Below are positions 24,394 to 35,088 of a stretch of 43,915 nucleotides of DNA, one piece after another. The notes beneath the pieces were generated by a model. That model was not told the DNA's origin. It made no database searches and saw nothing but the letters and a program-made list of their open reading frames with translations. The position numbers and the translations under genes are program-made. The first letter of the stretch is position 1; each line of letters opens with the position of its first letter. This DNA is from Octopus bimaculoides (lineage: Eukaryota): contig NC_069009.1 in NCBI RefSeq assembly GCF_001194135.2, positions 11,593,849 through 11,637,763 on the forward strand, given 5' to 3'.

Positions 24394-24542
24394 GTTTCAG
24401 GATTAAAGAGATGTAAATTAAATTACTCAACTTACTTCAATCTTCAGTACAGTATTCCAAATTATAAATCATAATTTGGAATACTATACTGAATATGGAA
24501 GTAAGTTGAGTAATATAATTTACATCTCTTTAATCCTGAAAC
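24394..24542. repeat. 72-bp-arm inverted repeat with 5-nt loop
   Basis: 24394-24465 is the reverse complement of 24471-24542, with 4 mismatches. Loop AAATC. Confidence 0.9.
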
Positions 24543-27500
24543 ACCTATATTGTGAATAATGGTGGTAATGAAACTGAAGCCAATGACGGTGACAGTGTTG
24601 CACCCGGTAGTCTCAGAGATTCTGGCCCGGCTCCAGCCTGTCGATACCCAGAAAGGGACCACCACACACGGCGTAGATGGAGCAAGCAAATTAATGCTGT
24701 GGTCATGGAATGTTATTACCTGGGCAACCCGGTAGATGAAAATGGTGCTCAAATTAGGAGTTACCGACAACGTATGATCATTGGAGAGAAAAGGGATTGT
24801 TTCAACTCACGGAACAGAGACTATGTGATCAAGCTAGAGCAATAAGAAAAATTTGTTGATTCACAGAAGTAGTGCTCAAAGTTATCAAAAGACGGGTCAT
24901 GGAAAATAGCAGCAGAGATAAGAAGGAAAATACAGTTCTTACTAATAAGAGTAATCTCATAGCACAGGAAAGAAGCAGTGGTAGCTTACTTGATGAGAGA
25001 TATATAGATCATCTAAGAGAAGACGTTAAGACTAATAGCGACATAACAGATGAGCAAAAGGCAATCTACGACAGAATAAAGGTGACACTACAAGAGAACG
25101 ATAGCGACATTATTTGTAACCTTAAAAAGGTTGATCAATGGAAATTGAACCAAGAAACGGAAAGTGTGAATGAAATTCTGAAGTACATCAGAACAAACAT
25201 CACAGAAACAAATAATTTGATTAAGGCAGCAGGTATTGTTGTAGCAGAAAATGTGGGTGTCGATGTCAAGAAAAAGAAACATACTGGGATTGACAAAAGA
25301 AAAGATCCATGGTGGAAAAGAAGAATCCAGGGAGGGTTAGACATGCTCTCGAAGGAAATTTCTGTGTTAGACCAAAAGCAAAAGGGGAGCTTAAAAGTGA
25401 ACAAAAATACAGATTACTGAAAAGGAAGTATAACATTGAAAGAAAGGGCCTGAAAATATTAGTGGAGGAACTGAAACAGTGCCTCGTTGCAAAGAAAGGA
25501 AAGACGGTAAGATACGACCAAAGAATGAAGGGTGGGTTACTACTAGAAATGGTTATTCAGATTAGATCAGAAGAGATTCTATAAAGAAATAGATGAAGGA
25601 TGTACAGATGAAAAGTTGATACCAGATAACATTGAAAGTCAAAGGTTTTGGAGTGACAGCTGGAGCAAAGGCAAGGAGTACAAGAAGGATGCTGAATGGT
25701 TACAAGAACTGAAACAAACAGTAGTCTGTCCAAAGCAGAAAGAACTAGTCATTTCAGTTAGGGAAGTGAAGGAAGTCGGCAAAACAAAATTAACAACTAG
25801 AAGGCCCCGGGACCAGATGGAGTTCAAGGCTACTGGATCAAAAGATTTGGTGAATGTCATGCATGAATAGCTGCGCAGCTAAACACCTTGTTAAATGCCG
25901 ACCAAGCAACACCAGAATGGTTGACATTGTGTTGGACAGGGCTGTGCTTGAAAAAGATCGAAAAAGGCAAACGGTAGACAATTACTGGCTGATATCTTGT
26001 TTGCCGCTTATGTGGAAATTATTGATTGGAATACTCTCAGAGTCAATGTATGAACATCTAGAAAAAAATGGAGTCCTGCCACATGAACAGAAGGGCTGCA
26101 AGTGTAAGTGCAGAGGTACCAAGGATCAACTCCCGATAGATAAAACTGTACTCAGAGACTGCAAGAGGAGGAAAAGTAACTTAGCCATATCATGGATCCT
26201 AAGGCGTACGATATGATTCCACATTCTTGGATTATGGAGTGTATGAACCAGTTTGGGACTGCATCGAATGTTGAGCGAATGCTTGGAAAAAGTATGGCAA
26301 ATTGGAGGACGGACCTGACAGCATATGGAAGTAGTTTAAGGACAGTAGAAATTAGGAGGGGCATCTTCCAAGGAGACTGCCTGTCCCCACTGATCTTTGT
26401 ACTGTGCTTGCTACCACTGACACTGATTCTGAGGAAAGCAAAAGCTGGGTATGTATTCAAAAGCCGCTAATAAAAAGTCAACCATTTGCTATTAATGGAT
26501 GATCTCAAACTTTATGGTAAAGATGAAGCCCAAGTCAGTTCCCTCGTTGATACGGTGTATATCTTCAGTGCTGATATCAGAATGGAGTGCGTGGAGGTTA
26601 TGAAGCAGATTGAAGAGACGGGCTATAAGTACTTGGGGATTTTGGAAATGGATAAATTAATGGAGAAAGAAATGACAGAAGAATTTAAGGTGAGTACTTA
26701 CGCAGACCGAGACTGATCCTAAAGTCGAAATTAAACGGAAGGAATAAGATCGAAGCTATCAACACCTGGGCGGTTTCAATCCTTAGATATGGAGCAGGGG
26801 TAATCGCATAGACAGGAGACGAACTAAACAGCTTAGACAGAAAGACAAGGAAGTTGCTAACTAGATATGGGCCACTCCACCCAAAAAGTGATACAGACTG
26901 ACTGTATGTACCAAGAAAAATAGGGGTAAGAGGGCTTATTGGATGCGAACACAGCATTAGAGCAGAAGAAAACAACATAGCATGGTATGTAAAAATGCCA
27001 CAGAACCGCAATTATTAGAAGTAGGAAGGTCAGGCTTGTGTAGGATGAAAGAAATTGAAAACGAATGAAACTGAAAATAAGTGGATAAAGAAAAGAATGC
27101 ATGGTCAATTTTATAGGGACGTTGAAGATAAGACAGACAGAAAAAAGATGGCTGTGGATCACTAAGAGTGATTTAATACCGGAAACGGAGGCCCTAATCT
27201 TTGCTGCCCAAGTGCAAGCACTAAGAACAAACTACATAAACTACAGAATAGACGACACATCAGAAAGTGATAAGTGCAGAATCTATGGACAAAATGGTGA
27301 AACCGTATGGCATATTACCAGCCAATGTACACCACTATCTCAGAAGGAATATAAGAGACGCCACGACAATATAGCCAGGCTTGGTCCATTGGACATTTTG
27401 CAACAAGTATGGACTTGATAGAGCAAAAAATTGGTACGACCACAAACCTGAAGGCATTGTCGAAAATAGAAATGCAAAACTCCTATTGGATTTTATGATT

Positions 27501-27922
27501 CAGTACGACCATGAGATTGAGAATAGGAAGCCAGACACAGTCTTAATTGAGAAAGAAAGCAAACTATGCTGGATCATAGCTATAGCATGCCGAGCTGACA
27601 GCAAGGTATGCGATAAGGAAGAAAGAAAAGTCGAGAGATATGACAGGTTAGCTTGGTAAGTTAAGCACTTGTGGTCGATGAAAAAGGTGGTAGTAGGACC
27701 AATATACTGGGAAATACTGGGAACAGTGAGCAAAAATCTCGAGAAGTACGTGGAACAAATAGGAGTTGCAATAAGGGTGGAGCACTTTCAGAAAACAGCA
27801 CTGCTTGGGACCGCTCGAATACTCCGGAAGGTGATCGAAAAATAAGATGTGTTACCTTAGTTCACTGGTAGTGAACAGCTGACACTGTAGTACATCTCCA
27901 GCGTTAGAAGCTGTGCAAAGGC
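24543..27922 (+). mobile_element. Near full-length, inactivated R4/Dong-clade (RLE) non-LTR retrotransposon
   Basis: Frameshifted ORF pieces in the expected order: [85 protein letters not shown] (RT), YKYLGILE, TEALIFAAQ, CRIYG..ETVWHITSQC (zinc knuckle) and NRKPDTVLIEK (restriction-like endonuclease). Confidence 0.85.
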
Positions 27923-28030
27923 AAGAAGAAGAAGAAGAAGAAGAAGAAGAAGAAGAAGAAGAAGAAGAAGAAGAAGAAGAAGAAGAAGAAGAAGAAGAAG
28001 AAGAAGAAGAAGAAGAAGAAGAAGAAGAAG
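27923..28030 (+). repeat. (AAG)36 pure microsatellite at the LINE 3' end
   Basis: Directly visible; 108 bp. Confidence 0.95.
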
Positions 28031-28646
28031 ATCGAAAAATACCTTAGGAATAAGAACCTGGGTTCGAAATTTCCCCAAGACACCTGGCTGGGGGGTATAT
28101 CAACCGAAACGTTGTGTTAACAACAAATATTAGGTTGAATATCCGTCAAATGTAAATAATGTAAATAATGAACATACTGATAAAGTGCGATGTGAGCAGT
28201 TAAAATCAAAGATTACCAGCAACAACGTTTGACAAACAGAGCAGTTGTATGTTTATCCTACGTGAAGCGGCATGTCACGATCTTGTGCTTAGATCTTTGA
28301 GGGCCAATTGGTCGACATTGGAATTAAACAGAAGAAGAGGAGATATTGGCTGGTGAACTTTAAAGGTGAGAAGACAATGAGATGTCATAGATTTGGCACA
28401 GATATAAGAAAAAAAAACAACTCAATTAACATTAAAACTGTTGTAAAGGGATAATTAGATGAGGTAATTGCTACACTGTTAGATATATGGGACATCTTAA
28501 TATAGAGATGAGATTGAGGAAGATCAATCAATTTTGTTGTAGCCCTAAATATTAGGCATCAGACCATTTTTCAAAGTATAAAGATATTGACCAAAACCAT
28601 AGTGATCACTGATTGACCATTAATGACAGGAATGTCTCACAATAAT

Positions 28647-28866
28647 TATTTCTTTATTGCCCACAGGGGGCTAAACATAAAGGGGACAAACAAAGAGATT
28701 AAATCGATTACATCGACTCCAGTGCGTAACTGGTACTTATTTAATCGATCCTGGAAGGATGAAAGGCAAAGTCGACCTCGGTGGAATTTGAACTCAGAAT
28801 GTAACGGCAGACGAAATATCGCTAAGCATTTCACCCGGCGTGCCAACGATTCTGCCAGCTCACCGC
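28647..28866 (-). mobile_element. SINE family B variant, antisense, with apparent AATAAT target-site duplication
   Basis: Reverse-complement match to the family B head and body, with a different tail. AATAAT at 28641-28646 and 28867-28872. It interrupts sequence that is continuous in the paralogous unit near 32390. Confidence 0.85.
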
Positions 28867-28943
28867 AATAATGAAATATAAATTATTGATATAGATAAAG
28901 AAATTTTACTGTAAAGAATAAAACTTGGGAATATTTATTTTAG

Positions 28944-28994
28944 AGAATCCAAACTTTGAAGAGAAACAAAGGGAGACGATGGCAAAGAGAGTTG
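28944..28994 (+). CDS. Candidate 51-nt symmetric mini-exon E2 (phase 1-1), paralog of the first Death-domain exon
   Basis: tttattttag acceptor and G|gtgagt donor; open frame (K/E)NPNFEEKQRETMAKRV. The upstream flank is homologous to 32000-32477. Confidence 0.65.
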
Positions 28995-29001
28995 GTGAGT
29001 A

Positions 29002-29036
29002 TAACCCTAACCCTAACCCTAACCCTAACCCTAACC
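29002..29036. repeat. Interstitial telomeric-type repeat (TAACCC)x5.8
   Basis: Five perfect TAACCC units plus TAACC, equivalent to TTAGGG on the minus strand. Confidence 0.9.
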
Positions 29037-29039
29037 TCA

Positions 29040-29170
29040 TGTCTATTTTGCCATGGTTTCTATGGGTGAATACCCTCCCTAATGCCAACAACTTCAAAGT
29101 GGGACGTGTTTACTGGGTGCTTTTATGTGGCATCAGCAGCAGTGAGGTCACCAAGTATCTTGCAACGCAA
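29040..29170 (-). mobile_element. Family C / RTE-tail fragment, antisense
   Basis: CCCTCCCTAATGCCAACAACTT...TACTGGGTGCTTTTATGTGGC matches 17280-17330. Confidence 0.55.
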
Positions 29171-30861
29171 GGCCCTTCACCTGAGGGGTGGAGTAGCATT
29201 AAGGGGCAGAAAAAGTAGTTTTGCATTAGAGTGGAAACATGGCTGCCTTATGTGGGAAAAGAGAGATGATGGTGAAATATGATGGTGAGTGCTGCAGAGG
29301 TGGAGTGTGGGTGGGTTTATGAGATTGCGAAAGGTGAGTGGTAGATGATGGTGGGAATGTAATGAGTGGACACCACGTGGCAGGAGCAGGTTTGGGCGGT
29401 GTCCTTCGGGGACGACATTCAGTGCAGCCATTATATGTGCAAGTAGGTACATGAGAGACAATGAGATTGCAGAATNNNNNNNNNNNNNNNNNNNNNNNNN
29501 NNNNNNNNNNNNNNNNNNNNNNNNNNNNNNNNNNNNNNNNNNNNNNNNNNNNNNNNNNNNNNNNNNNNNNNNNNNNNNNNNNNNNGGGGGGGGGCATGAT
29601 GGATTGTAGAGGAGCATTGTTGGGGAACAGGCATGAGCTTGATTTTATTTTGGTGGGTGGGCCTTCTCAAGCACAGCAAACTGTCAATTGTCTGTTAGGT
29701 TCAACATCTGAGGTTCATTTCTGATGAGGGATCACAAACGTTGGATGATGCACAGGTGAGGTTTGATAGCAATATGCTATATTCTCGAGAACCAGTTCTT
29801 TTGTTCCATTTCAGATATTTTCACTGTAATAACGCGTGGGTGAATATGTATATGTTGTTAATGAGGATCTGTGCAGGTGTAAATTGTTTGAGGATGCTTG
29901 AATCACTTTCTGCTCCACTTGTGTAGATTTAATCTTTGCTCAAAAAAGTTGCTTTATTAAGGAGGATATGAGATTCAAATGTCTTCAAATATTTCCTTAA
30001 TCAGATGATATTCTGATGAACTTTGATGAGGGAAGTTAGAATTAATGATAGCCAGCAGTAACATTTAACAAAGAGAGCAGGTGTATGTTTATCCTAGGCG
30101 AAGTAGTGTGTGATGTGTTTGTCGCTATATCTTTGATGACTAACCTGGATGACACTGGAATTAAGCAGAAGAGGAGAAGAATGTTGGCTAATGGAAGTCT
30201 ATAGGTGAGAGGAGAATGCTAAAGAGTTGGCAAAGGTATCAGAAAGAAAAGATAGAACTGTGATAAAAACAGTTTTATCAAGTGATAATTAAATAAGAAA
30301 ATTAAAGCAGTGTTAGATCATTTGTCTTAATAGAGAGAGGTGATTTAGGACAGCTAGTCTGTTTTGTTGTGGACCTACATATTAGGTAATTGCATATTAG
30401 GTAAAATAGCATCACCTAATTGACTTCTGCAAATTTTCAGTTTACCCGAGCCATTTTGATTGTGAGAATGACTGAGAACTGGTTACGTTCCTAATTTCCA
30501 ATTGAAAGATTAGCTGTAAATAATTGGATTAAAAACGTTACTGAAACTTCCTGAAATCGAGTTTGGTATGGTTAGTAAAATTCATAAATTAGAATACACA
30601 AGAGAGTTAATGCTGTTTTGGGGGGACGGAGAACTAAAATATGATGTTAAATGTAAACAGGTGAGTTAATGAGGAAGATCTTGTTTCTTTTTCTACTAAG
30701 GTCTTTACTAAGTTTTCCGATAGATTATTGTTGTTGTTATGTAACCAGATGTCTGTCATGATATGTTGTCTCTTGTTTGGGTGTGTACCCAGAATGTCTC
30801 AGGTTAGAATATATAGGATTGTTATAAATTAAAAGAATTAAACATGAACTCTTTATAAATA

Positions 30862-31657
30862 CAGTGTGTCGACAAAGTCTGGGTACATGGGGATTTACAC
30901 ATACTTTAAGAAATTATTTCTTCTTATATTTAATTGTTTATGTTATGATTTTATTTACTCCATGTACCCACATGGGGATTAACACATACTTTAAGAAATT
31001 ATTATTTCTTATATTTAATTGTTTATGTTATGATTTTATTTACTCCATGTACCCACATGGGGATTAACACATACTTTAAGAAATTATTATTNNNNNNNNN
31101 NNNNNNNNNNNNNNNNNNNNNNNNNNNNNNNNNNNNNNNNNNNNNNNNNNNNNNNNNNNNNNNNNNNNNNNNNNNNNNNNNNNNNNNNNNNNNNNNNNNN
31201 NNNNNNNNNNNNNNNNNNNNNNNNNNNNNNNNNNNNNNNNNNNNNNNNNNNNNNNNNNNNNNNNNNNNNNNNNNNNNNNNNNNNNNNNNNNNNNNNNNNN
31301 NNNNNNNNNNNNNNNNNNNNNNNNNNNNNNNNNNNNNNNNNNNNNNNNNNNNNNNNNNNNNNNNNNNNNNNNNNNNNNNNNNNNNNNNNNNNNNNNNNNN
31401 NNNNNNNNNNNNNNNNNNNNNNNNNNATTTAATTGTTTATGTTATGATTTTATTTACTCCATGTACCCACATGGGGATTAACACATACTTTAAGAAATTA
31501 TTATTCCTTATATTTAATTGTTTATGTTATGATTTTATTTACTCCATGTACCCACATGGGGATTAACACATACTTTAAGAAATTATTATTCCTTATATTT
31601 AATTGTTTATGTTATGATTTTATTTACTCCTGGTACCCAGACTTTGTGGACACCCTG
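30862..31657. mobile_element. Same MITE family as 8627-8753, with its interior expanded into an 85-bp tandem array
   Basis: TA|CAGTGTGTCGACAAAGTCTGGGTACATGG at the left end and ...GGTACCCAGACTTTGTGGACACCCTG|TA at the right end. The 85-bp period is measured at 31441, 31526 and 31611. Gap at 31092-31427. Confidence 0.9.
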
Positions 31658-32477
31658 TATATGTATAATGATCATTAAACTATATTTAATGTTAAACTTA
31701 ATATTGGACTCTGGACATGTCTTTACATTTAAATAAAGTATTGGTGTTAACATAAAATATAAAGATAGGAATAAAATATGAGTTCCCAGTGTGACTTGAA
31801 AAACACAACACCTTGTTATTAACAATATGTAAAATACACTTACTCCATTTAGATAATATTTACGATCCATAAGAGCATTCTTATATTCACACTTGTTAGT
31901 TTTTATATTATATCAATGCTAATAGAGGCACAGCTTTCTGAGTCTGTCATCTTTTGGTTTTAATTCTGACTTAACAGAGAGAGAAGGTATTATGTTTATC
32001 TTGCTTGAAGTTGTCTGTTAAGTGTTTGTGGCTAGATCTTTGATGTGGCTAGATCTTTGATGTGGCTAGATCTTTGGTTGACATTGGAATTAATTAGGTG
32101 AAAGAATGTTGGTTAGTGAAGTCCACAGGCGAGAGGACAATGACATGTCATAGATTTGGCACAGATATAAGAAAGAAAAGCTAGAACTATGAGAAAAACA
32201 GTCTCATCAAATGATAATGAAATGAAATAATCGCAAGCTTATGTAGGATGTCTTAATACAATGACGAGGTTTGGGTAGGTTTATCTATAAATGTGAACCT
32301 AAATATTGAACTATTACATGGAACCATGATGGAAAGTATAAAAATGTTGGCCAAAACCATAGTGGTCACCAGTTGACCATTGGTGATAAGAATGTCTCAC
32401 TATGTTAAACTACAGATTATTTGTAGATATAAAGGAATTTTACAGTAAATTATAAACTTTGGAAACATTTATTTCAG

Positions 32478-32549
32478 GGAGTCAAAAGCTGAAGGAGAAG
32501 GATCTCCTGAGAGTGGCTAAGAGGTTAGGAAGCAATTGGTGGCAAGTAG
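32478..32549 (+). CDS. ANK-RING-Death gene, first Death-domain exon E3 (72 nt, phase 1-1)
   Basis: tttatttcag acceptor and G|gtgagt donor. Encodes (G)SQKLKEKDLLRVAKRLGSNWWQV(G), matching the Death-domain L..vA..LG..W..lg..LG pattern that continues into the last exon. Confidence 0.9.
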
Positions 32550-33019
32550 GTGAGTATAAAATTACAGTACCTAACTGAATTCTATAAATTTTACCTTCAC
32601 CTGAGCTATCTTTTTTTATTTTGTGAGAATGAATGAGAACAAGTTACATTCTTAAGTTCCTATTTAAAGGCTAGCAGTAGAAAAATTCTATGACAAATAT
32701 TCTTGAAATTTCATAAAATATTCGCTGAGGTTTTTATGGTTGGTAATAATGGACAAACTAGAAAACACAAATAGCATTTAATATTGCCTTGTGGACGAAG
32801 GAACTAAAATATGTTGTTTAAGGGTAAACAGGTGAGTTAACGACAAAGTTTTGGTTTGTTTTACATTTTCACTGAGTCTGCTGTTAGTTTATTGTAATTA
32901 AAGAAATGTACCAAAGTTAAATTCCATGACAAAGCATCTTTATTCCAATATAAGGCCTTGAGATTCCAGTTATATTGCCATATTGGAATAACTTTACCAC
33001 TGAGGCAAGTGAAATCGAA

Positions 33020-33930
33020 ATCAAGTTAAATTGGACACTAAACTCCACTTGCGAAGACTTATTGGTGCAAGCGAAAGCGAATTTGTGATGGCACCTGTGC
33101 CCAGAATCGCCTTTCTGGCACTTGTGCCCGCGGCATGTCTAAGGACTTTCGAGCGAGATCGTTGCCAGTGCCCCTGGACTGGCTCTTGTGCGGGTGGCAC
33201 ATAAAATACACCATTCTGAGCGTAGCCGTTGCCAGTACTGCCGGACTGGCCTTCATGCCGATGGCATGTAAAAGGACCCACTACACTCTCTGAGTGGTTG
33301 GCGTTTAGGAAGGGCATCCAGCTGTAGATACTCTGTCAAATGCCGTGCGTGAGAAAGCCCAGCAAGCCAAGTGAGATCTAAATCTAAGGCCTCAGCCAGT
33401 CCACTTAGGCGGACCTTCCTTCATTGGACACNNNNNNNNNNNNNNNNNNNNNNNNNNNNNNNNNNNNNNNNNNNNNNNNNNNNNNNNNNNNNNNNNNNNN
33501 NNNNNNNNNNNNNNNNNNNNNNNNNNNNNNNNNNNNNNNNNNNNNNNNNNNNNNNNNNNNNNNNNNNNNNNNNNNNNNNNNNNNNGCCTTTCTGGCACTT
33601 GTGCCCGCGGCATGTCTAAGGACTTTCGAGCGAGATCGTTGCCAGTGCCCCTGGACTGGTTCTTGTGCGGGTGGCACATAAAATACACCATTTTGAGCGT
33701 GGCCGTTGCCAGTACCGCCTGACTGGCCTTCGTGCGGGTGACACGTAAAAGCACCCACTACACTCTCTGAGTGGTTGGCGTTAGGAAGGGCATCCAGCCG
33801 TAGAAACTCTGCCAAATCAGATTGGAGCCTGGTGTAGCCTTCTGGTTTCACCAGTCCTCAGTCAAATCGTCCAACCCATGCTAACATGGAAAGCGGACGG
33901 TAAACGACAATGATGATGATGATGATGACA
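33020..33930 (+). mobile_element. Two tandem family C retro-element copies ending in (GAT)n
   Basis: 33106-33330 and 33586-33810 are similar but not identical. The second ends CATGGAAAGCGGACGGTAAACGACAATGATGATGATG. Confidence 0.8.
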
Positions 33931-35088
33931 TACGCCTGCAGACGCTTCAATAGAAACAGACTTAATAGCGCTCACACAACCAAATCATATCATATTCTCC
34001 CCATCAGTAAAGAGAGAATTTTTCTCTAAAGGAATTTACCAGAAAATGAATATTCACAAGTCAAACCAAACTGGAGGTGACCTCTCTGGCTGAGACTGAC
34101 ATAATAATAACTGAATAGGCTCAAAAGAATTTGATCAAATATGGAGTCCATTGGGGAATGGTCAGAAGAGTTATTTGGAGAGGATTCAACTGGGATTAAA
34201 TTTGACTCAGACTTATCGGCTGTTGCACTACCACTGATCCTTCAATTTTTGGTGTTATGTTGGGAACTTTGCAAGGTGACAGAGTGCACAGAGAGACATT
34301 ATTTAATAACCTTTTGATTATCAGATCTGAAGTCTGTCAGATTAAGACAGATATACAGGATTCCTCTAAAGGGTCTCTGGAGTAATGTTACTCAATAGGA
34401 TGTATAGTTCCAAGATCAGGGAGTCTCTGCAGGTTGAGCCTCTTCTTCTCCAAATCTCTGGTACTACAAACGTGATCAGAATGCCACGGGAATGAATTAC
34501 AAGACTGGTTCTTCAAGTCAAACCAACGGAGCAGGAAACTTAAGGATAGGCCAAGAATGAAATGGTTGGATGATATCCATGGTCTCAGTTGTTCATGCCT
34601 GGGAATCCAACCAAAATGTCATATGANNNNNNNNNNNNNNNNNNNNNNNNNNNNNNNNNNNNNNNNNNNNCCTATGGAGGAGGTGCCTGAGGACTCTACC
34701 CCAACAAACTTCCCAAGAATATTGCACGAAGAAAGTTGGATGGATGGATCATCAAATGGGTTGACTGCTGGGGGTCTCTGTTGATTCTTTAGGTTCTGAT
34801 GCACTTTTGCTTTCAAACACTTCTGACATTTGTTTGCCATAAATTTTCTCAAGTATAATTTCCAATTAATTTTCTTCAAAATCTTTTCTTTTAATTCAAT
34901 CTTTGTTGTATTTTCTTTAGAAATAGAAAACAATGTCTTATATTTTTCATGTTTCTTAGCTCTATTTTTTAAAAATTTCTTTATTGAAATAGTTTCTTTG
35001 TTATATTTATAACATCCTAGAGCACACATCTTTTATATTATTGTTAATGTTGTTGCAGTTATATTTCTTATTATTGTATCTTTTGCAG

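Noticed and set aside
30862-31657. Regular 85-bp repeat considered as a CRISPR-like array
   Set aside because: Units are contiguous with no unique spacers, they are bounded by MITE TIRs, and the context is eukaryotic.
32028-32076. 17-bp unit GTGGCTAGATCTTTGAT repeated about three times
   Set aside because: A local slippage duplication; the paralogous cassette copies have a single unit and nothing suggests function.
34000-34760. GC-richer stretch that may be an old LINE fragment
   Set aside because: No recognisable protein motif could be read in any frame, so it was left unannotated.
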